Assembly: GCA_035389045.1 (NCBI GenBank)
Contig: DAOORA010000054.1
Span: forward strand, 1-32,575
DNA: 32,575 nucleotides
From: Bacteroidales bacterium
GTDB lineage: Bacteria > Bacteroidota > Bacteroidia > Bacteroidales > CAIWKO01
Direction: 5' to 3'
The notes under the pieces are model-generated. The model had not been told where the DNA came from. It searched no databases and was given only the letters and a program-made list of their open reading frames with translations. Positions 27,015 to 32,575 of this stretch are shown piece by piece (position 1 is the stretch's first letter; the number at the start of each line of letters is the position of its first letter). A program made the position numbers and the translations under genes.

Positions 27015-28043
27015 TTAGAGTTCCAGCCTGTAAAGTTTGTGTTCTCCGGAATTATCATATCCGACAACCCAGAAGTAGGTGCCATCGAAAGTGATGCCAC
27101 CATTGTTGCCGCTTACATTGCCCGATGGAATATAGTATGTTGTAACAGCTTCAAATGGCGATAACTGGCATTTGTAAATCATATGATTATGAAATAAATA
27201 TAAAAATCCGCCCGTATATTCCATTCCACTTACAATGAGATCAAACTGAGGGGTGATCACATTAGTGCCGATATTCCATGTATATACATTGCCGCTCCAG
27301 TTGCAGAACCACATGTCCTGTCCGACCAAAGCATCGGCAGTCACCTGTATGGAGCCCAGGATAGGGCTTGTTGACAAAACGGCTCCTGAAGTGGCATTCA
27401 CTTTGTCTATCGTATTGCCATCAGAGATCCATAGAAAACCTGCCGCATAATTTGTGCATCCGTAATAATACGAACTACTTAAATTAAAATTGGTCACAGC
27501 ATGTGTCACAGGGTTAATTTTATAAAGTATGCTTGAACTGCCGTTAGAGGTCCAAAGAATATGGGTACCGTCGAATCCGATATCCTGTCTTCCATCTCCG
27601 CCTGTCGGACTGGCAATGCTGTCGGTGATGGTCAGGTTGGTCACCCATTCGGTTTCATCGGGTGCATTGTCATTTTTTGTCAGTACAATGGTACCGTTCA
27701 GATTTGAAAGCGTTAGCGTGTTACTGGCAATGCTGTAATTATAGGTAATAAAAAACGCGTTGATCTGTGTATAAGTCAACAATGCCATGCCGCTGATCAA
27801 TGACTTAAATCCGTATGCAGCCGAATCGAGCCGGTAAATATCATTATTACTTTTTAATATTATATATTTTGTGTCCGGCATTCCGCTCAAAACCTGCCAT
27901 TTTCCGTATATGGCGGGATTAACAGCGGTGGTGGAACCGGTAGGACCCTCAGGCCCGGCTGGACCCTGTGGACCTTCTTTTTTACATGCCGTATACAATG
28001 TCATTATGATTGAAAACACTAGAGTCACCCTGATAAATTTCAT
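27015..28043 (-). CDS. Lipoprotein with short collagen-like linker, small beta domain and probable beta-propeller (paralog 1)
   Basis: Lipobox YTA-C, then KKE-GPQGPAGPEGPTG. Colinear with the neighbouring gene (NPAIYGKW, NAPDET.WVT, GGDGRQDIGFDG, GMEYTGG.LYL, KCQLSPF). Confidence 0.82.
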   Translation of the reverse strand: MKFIRVTLVFSIIMTLYTACKKEGPQGPAGPEGPTGSTTAVNPAIYGKWQVLSGMPDTKYIILKSNNDIYRLDSAAYGFKSLISGMALLTYTQINAFFITYNYSIASNTLTLSNLNGTIVLTKNDNAPDETEWVTNLTITDSIASPTGGDGRQDIGFDGTHILWTSNGSSSILYKINPVTHAVTNFNLSSSYYYGCTNYAAGFLWISDGNTIDKVNATSGAVLSTSPILGSIQVTADALVGQDMWFCNWSGNVYTWNIGTNVITPQFDLIVSGMEYTGGFLYLFHNHMIYKCQLSPFEAVTTYYIPSGNVSGNNGGITFDGTYFWVVGYDNSGEHKLYRLEL

Positions 28044-28084
28044 ATGTTTAAATTTAAATTAAAAACTATCGAGTTAGTTTTTCA

Positions 28085-28092
28085 CAAAAGTA
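28085..28092 (-). promoter_or_regulatory. Candidate -7 promoter box for the lipoprotein pair
   Basis: Minus-strand TACTTTTG, 41 bp upstream of the ATG at 28043. Confidence 0.5.
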
Positions 28093-28161
28093 ATAAAAAG
28101 TATACTGAAAAACTCCTTTTTTATGTAAAATTCTGTTAAATATTCTTTTTTTAAAAAAGAA

Positions 28162-29016
28162 TTATCCTGCATGGTGTATCACTCTTTGAGGAAAAGGAAT
28201 CTCAATACCTTCTTTGTCAAAGGCAGTCTTAAGGCGCTTGCGGAGTTCACCACTCACTTCCCACTGTTTCATGGGCTGTGTTTCGCCAAGAATTTTTATT
28301 ATTATGGCCGATTCGGCAAATTCAGCTACTCTCAGAAATTGGGGTGGATTGATGATGAATTCTTTCCACTGCGGGTCGTTTGTTAACTCAAGCCCGACTT
28401 CATTGATAACCTTAATTACATGATCAAAAGGAGTATTATAGGCCACACCGATATCCATGTTGATACGTGCATAATCTTTTGACAGGTTGGACACAATTTT
28501 TATTTCACCATGAGGAACATGATGCACGGTGCCGTCCATATCACGCAGGGTGGTAAGGCGTAAACTGATATCTTCCACCACACCGGAGGTTTTATCAAAA
28601 CTCACTACATCGCCGATACGGTACTGATTTTCAAAAATAATGAAAAATCCTGCAAGCAGGTCCCGGATGAGATACTGCCCGCCAAATCCTACAGCGATGC
28701 CCACGATACCGGCGCCGGCAAGAAGCGGCCCCACAGGAATGCCTGCTTCCTGCAGTATCATTAGCCCGCCGATGAGCACAAACACTATCCTGTTGACCCA
28801 GCTGAATATCCTGATCAGTGTGAATTCTCTTTTTTGCTGTGCCTCTGCTGAACTTTCCTTATCTGCTATTACACTCAGGTGAATGATTCTTTTTATCGCT
28901 CTTCTCAGAATCTTATACAATATTAGTGTGGCAATGGTGATGAAAACTATCTTTACCCCATGGCTTAAAATCCAGGGTATTAAATTTCCTGCCCATTCGT
29001 ATAATTTTTCTTTCAT
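28162..29016 (-). CDS. mscS: Small-conductance mechanosensitive channel (MscS family, YkuT/YbiO-like)
   Basis: Three TM segments, AGAGIVGIAVGFGGQ.LIRDLLAGFFIIFENQYRIGD, G.VEDISLR.T.LRD.DG..H.VP.G.I..V.N.S, GIEIPFPQR. Confidence 0.93.
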   Translation of the reverse strand: MKEKLYEWAGNLIPWILSHGVKIVFITIATLILYKILRRAIKRIIHLSVIADKESSAEAQQKREFTLIRIFSWVNRIVFVLIGGLMILQEAGIPVGPLLAGAGIVGIAVGFGGQYLIRDLLAGFFIIFENQYRIGDVVSFDKTSGVVEDISLRLTTLRDMDGTVHHVPHGEIKIVSNLSKDYARINMDIGVAYNTPFDHVIKVINEVGLELTNDPQWKEFIINPPQFLRVAEFAESAIIIKILGETQPMKQWEVSGELRKRLKTAFDKEGIEIPFPQRVIHHAG

Positions 29017-29037
29017 ATTTTTGTCGGAATTTTTTTC

Positions 29038-29046
29038 GCAAATATA
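29038..29046 (-). promoter_or_regulatory. Candidate -7 promoter box for mscS
   Basis: Minus-strand TATATTTGC, about 22 bp upstream of the ATG. Confidence 0.5.
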
Positions 29047-29111
29047 TGTTTATTAACGAAGATAATTTTTCCCATCATTTAAATACTTAGCACATTTAAA
29101 AAAAATATTGT

Positions 29112-30677
29112 ATGTTTGAAGAAAAAATGTTTTCCGAAAAAGACTGGCAGCAGATATACAGCAAGGGTATTACCCGCGAACAGATTGAAATACAACTTGA
29201 AAATTTCAGAAATGGTTTTCCGTTTGCAGAACTTGCAAAACCATCTACTCCTTTATCAGGCCTGAAATCCTTTGATGAAGAGCATAAACACAATCTCGCA
29301 ATTTATTTCATTGAGAATTCCCACTTTCACCAAATTGTAAAATTTGTACCGGCCTCCGGTGCCGCCACACGTATGTTCAGCCACCTGCATACCTGGCTCG
29401 AAAAGAATAAAAAATCTGAATGCCAGCCATTGGCCGATACGGAATATGATTTCAATTCACCGGAGTATTTCATTCAGAATATCAGAAAATTTGCCTTCTT
29501 TGGCGACATGAAATCGGTGATGGCTGCTGCCGGCTATGACTTAGAGGACTGTATTAAACATCATAAGTATGTGCCCGTCATAGATTTTCTCCTCAATAAG
29601 AAAGGCCTGAATTATTCCGGCCTTCCCAAAGCCCTGATCAAATTCCACACCTATGATGATATAAACCGTACGGCTCTCGATGAACATCTTGCTGAAGCCG
29701 CTGAATTATGCCGTGATCTTGATACAGCCGATATCCATTTCAGTATTTCGCCCGAACATATTGAAAAATTTGAAGCTCAGTTAAAAATTTCCCTGCCATT
29801 TTTTGAACAATTTTTTAAAGTCAAATACCGCATCAGTCATTCTGAACAAAAAACCAGCACTGATATTATTGCTGTCGACAATAATAACCAGCCTTTCCGT
29901 AATGCCGACGGCAGCCTGTTGTTCCGCCCGGGAGGGCATGGAGCCCTGATCTATAACCTGAATGATATTGACGCGGATATCGTATTCATTAAAAATATTG
30001 ATAATGTTTCTCCCGATTATATCGCTAATGATTCCGTATTTTATAAGAAAGTATTAGCCGGATATCTTTTTTCGATCAGGTATCAGATTTATGAGTTTTT
30101 GAGGATATTGGACAAGGGAAGCATTTCAGATACTGCACTGGCCAAAATTATCGGTTTCGTTATAAAGGAATTATCGCATGAATTACCGGAAAAATTTCAT
30201 TCGTTTGATAATACCGGCAAAGTTAATTATCTGCATAGTCTGCTCAACCGTCCCATAAGGGTATGCGGTATGGTGAAAAACCTCGGCGAACCCGGGGGAG
30301 GGCCTTTTTTTGTGAAAGACCAGCAGGGCAATATCAGCCAGCAGATCGTCGAAAGTTCACAAATTGATCACAAGAATGAACAACAGCTGAGGATTATGAA
30401 ACAATCCACCCATTTTAATCCGGTAGACCTGATATGCAGCATTAAGGATTATAAAGGAAAGAAGTTCGACCTGCTTCAGTTTGTAGATCCGGCAACAGGA
30501 TTTATTACAGGCAAAACAAAAGACGGCAGGCCTCTGAAGGCGCAGGAACTTCCTGGTTTGTGGAATGGAGCCATGGCTTTCTGGAACACTATTTTTGTTG
30601 AAGTGCCTATTAGCACATTCAACCCGGTGAAAACAGTGAATGATCTTTTAAGGAAGGAACATCTTAAACAAAATTAA
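29112..30677 (+). CDS. DUF4301 family protein (probable nucleotidyltransferase fold)
   Basis: Family motifs KFVPASGAATRMF, LPKALI.FH.Y, FRPGGHGALI.NLN, FIKNIDNV, RPIRVCGMVKN.GEPGGGPF, THFNPVDL, ELPGLWNGAMA.WNT.FVEVP..TFNPVKTVNDLLR.EH. Confidence 0.9.
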   Translation: MFEEKMFSEKDWQQIYSKGITREQIEIQLENFRNGFPFAELAKPSTPLSGLKSFDEEHKHNLAIYFIENSHFHQIVKFVPASGAATRMFSHLHTWLEKNKKSECQPLADTEYDFNSPEYFIQNIRKFAFFGDMKSVMAAAGYDLEDCIKHHKYVPVIDFLLNKKGLNYSGLPKALIKFHTYDDINRTALDEHLAEAAELCRDLDTADIHFSISPEHIEKFEAQLKISLPFFEQFFKVKYRISHSEQKTSTDIIAVDNNNQPFRNADGSLLFRPGGHGALIYNLNDIDADIVFIKNIDNVSPDYIANDSVFYKKVLAGYLFSIRYQIYEFLRILDKGSISDTALAKIIGFVIKELSHELPEKFHSFDNTGKVNYLHSLLNRPIRVCGMVKNLGEPGGGPFFVKDQQGNISQQIVESSQIDHKNEQQLRIMKQSTHFNPVDLICSIKDYKGKKFDLLQFVDPATGFITGKTKDGRPLKAQELPGLWNGAMAFWNTIFVEVPISTFNPVKTVNDLLRKEHLKQN

Positions 30678-30704
30678 TTTAAATATATTTGAAATTTAAA
30701 TGAT

Positions 30705-32438
30705 ATGGAAATTGACAGGAGTATTATTTTAAAGGCTCAACAGTGGCTTACCAATGATTTCGATGAAGAAACCCGTCTTCAGGTTCAAAAAATGATAAAC
30801 GAAAACCCTGAAGAATTGCTCGAATCTTTTTATAAAAACCTGGAATTCGGCACCGGCGGGCTTCGCGGTATCATGGGGGCAGGAACCAACCGTATGAACA
30901 AATATACGGTGGGTATGGCAACCCAGGGACTGGCTAATTATCTTAAAAAAATGTTTCCCGGTCAGGACAGGATCAAGGTGGCTGTCGCTTTCGATTCAAG
31001 GAATAACAGCAAATATTTTGCTCAGATCACAGCCGAAATACTTTCAGCAAACGATTGCCAGGTTTTTTTATTTGAAGATCTGAGGCCGACACCGGAACTT
31101 TCTTTTACAGTCAGGCATTTGGAATGCCAGAGCGGCATTGTAATTACGGCATCACATAATCCGAAAGATTATAACGGATACAAAGTTTATTGGGATGATG
31201 GCGGCCAGTTGGTAAACCCGCACGATAAAAATGTGATCGAAGAAGTAATTAAAGTTACATCGGTCAGCATGGTGAAATTCGTTGCAAAGCCTGAAAACAT
31301 CACCATCATAGGAGAAAATGTGGATACCGTTTATCTCTCAGAGGTCAAAAAACTTTCTTTTATTCCGGAAAAAATACAAAAGTATAAAGATGTTTCCATC
31401 GTTTATACGCCTTTGCATGGTTCTGGAATCATGTTAGTTCCGAAAGCGTTGAAGCAATCAGGTTTTGAGAATGTTCAGATACTTGATTCACAGGCCACTC
31501 CCGATGGAAATTTTCCCACGGTAAAATCTCCAAATCCTGAAGAGCAGGCGGCCATGAGCATGGCTATTGAAAAGGCAAAAGAGGTCAATGCAGAGTTGGT
31601 ATTAGCCACCGACCCGGATGCCGACAGGGTGGGAGTGGCAATAAAAAATCAGCGTGGTGAATTTGTTTTACTGAATGGCAATCAAACGGCTTCGCTGCTG
31701 ATCTATTACCTGCTGAACCAATGGAAAAACCTGGGTAAACTTAAAGGAAAGGAGTTCATAGTTAAAACAATTGTCACCAGCGAACTTCTTGCGGAAATAG
31801 CCGGAAAATTCGGCGTGGAATATTTTGATGTGTTGACAGGTTTTAAATACATAGCCGAGATCATCAGGAAAAACGAAGGCCGCAAAACCTTTATCGGCGG
31901 AGGAGAAGAAAGCTACGGATACCTTGTTAGTGATTTTGTCCGTGATAAAGACGCCGTCATCTCTTGCAGCATGATCGCTGAAACGCTGGTTTATGCCAAA
32001 GCACAGGGCAAAACGTTGTATTCTTTGCTGATGGAGATTTACAACGAATTCGGGTTTTATTACGAAAGCCTTCTCTCTGTTACTAAAAAAGGTAAGTCCG
32101 GTGCGGAAGAAATCAAACAGATGATGAAGGATTTCAGGGAAAACCCGCCAAAAACAATCAATAATTCAGATGTCATACTGATAAAAGATTATTTACTGCA
32201 GCAGCAACATGTGATTTCAACCAATGAGATAATTCCTATTGACCTTCCAAAATCTGATGTGTTACAGTTTTTCACAAAAGATGGCAGCAAAATTACGGTG
32301 CGGCCTTCCGGTACTGAACCTAAAATTAAATTCTATTTTGGCATCAAAACTGAATTGGCTGATTGTTCCCTTTATGATGAGGCTGAAAGGCAATGTAAAG
32401 AAAAGATCACTGCCATAAAATCCGCCCTGGGTTTGTAA
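30705..32438 (+). CDS. pgm: Phosphoglucomutase/phosphomannomutase (alpha-D-phosphohexomutase)
   Basis: FGTGGLRG, catalytic TASHNP, metal loop DPDADR, sugar loop GEESYG, phosphate loop RPSGTEPKIK.Y. Confidence 0.95.
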   Translation: MEIDRSIILKAQQWLTNDFDEETRLQVQKMINENPEELLESFYKNLEFGTGGLRGIMGAGTNRMNKYTVGMATQGLANYLKKMFPGQDRIKVAVAFDSRNNSKYFAQITAEILSANDCQVFLFEDLRPTPELSFTVRHLECQSGIVITASHNPKDYNGYKVYWDDGGQLVNPHDKNVIEEVIKVTSVSMVKFVAKPENITIIGENVDTVYLSEVKKLSFIPEKIQKYKDVSIVYTPLHGSGIMLVPKALKQSGFENVQILDSQATPDGNFPTVKSPNPEEQAAMSMAIEKAKEVNAELVLATDPDADRVGVAIKNQRGEFVLLNGNQTASLLIYYLLNQWKNLGKLKGKEFIVKTIVTSELLAEIAGKFGVEYFDVLTGFKYIAEIIRKNEGRKTFIGGGEESYGYLVSDFVRDKDAVISCSMIAETLVYAKAQGKTLYSLLMEIYNEFGFYYESLLSVTKKGKSGAEEIKQMMKDFRENPPKTINNSDVILIKDYLLQQQHVISTNEIIPIDLPKSDVLQFFTKDGSKITVRPSGTEPKIKFYFGIKTELADCSLYDEAERQCKEKITAIKSALGL

Positions 32439-32575
32439 TTTCGTTGTTTTATTCTGTTGCAGCTTGTGGGTTTTCTTTAACCCAAGCTCCTTTGTTCATT
32501 TTGGTTATAAACCATAAAACCGGATCAATCGGAAAAGTTGAGGGGAGAAAAATAATTTTTTACTTTGCATAAAAA

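Noticed and set aside
32439..32575. Terminator after pgm or promoter for the next gene (TTACTTTGCA near the end)
   Set aside because: No convincing GC stem with a U tract. The promoter-like word deviates from TAnnTTTG and its target lies outside the window.

Overview
Bacteroidota-type genomic window. The assignment rests on TAnnTTTG promoter boxes, signal peptides followed by Gln, a type IX secretion (T9SS) type-B C-terminal domain (CTD), a PorP/SprF gene and DUF4301. The left 22.5 kb is one minus-strand operon of four secreted, repeat-rich surface proteins followed by the 5' end of a PorP/SprF-family gene. In order these are 913 aa, 389 aa, 3253 aa and a >2800 aa protein whose gene is interrupted by a 100-N scaffold gap. 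Only the last has a recognisable T9SS CTD. The 3253 aa protein ends in a dockerin-like duplicated module and the next protein begins with a cohesin-like module. This suggests, as an inference, a multi-subunit adhesin built by docking onto a single T9SS-anchored base. Both giant genes carry exactly periodic repeat arrays: 15 x 258 bp arranged as 3 x 5, and 4 x 891 bp triplets. A ~950 bp AT-rich regulatory region follows. The right part holds a zf-TFIIB/lemA/htpX operon, two tandem paralogous lipoproteins with a collagen-like linker, an MscS channel, and a divergent DUF4301 + phosphoglucomutase pair. The DUF4301 protein shows colinear motifs of eukaryote-type UDP-sugar pyrophosphorylases. No rRNA, tRNA, CRISPR array or mobile element was seen. 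All family calls come from motif recognition by eye, not from database searches.
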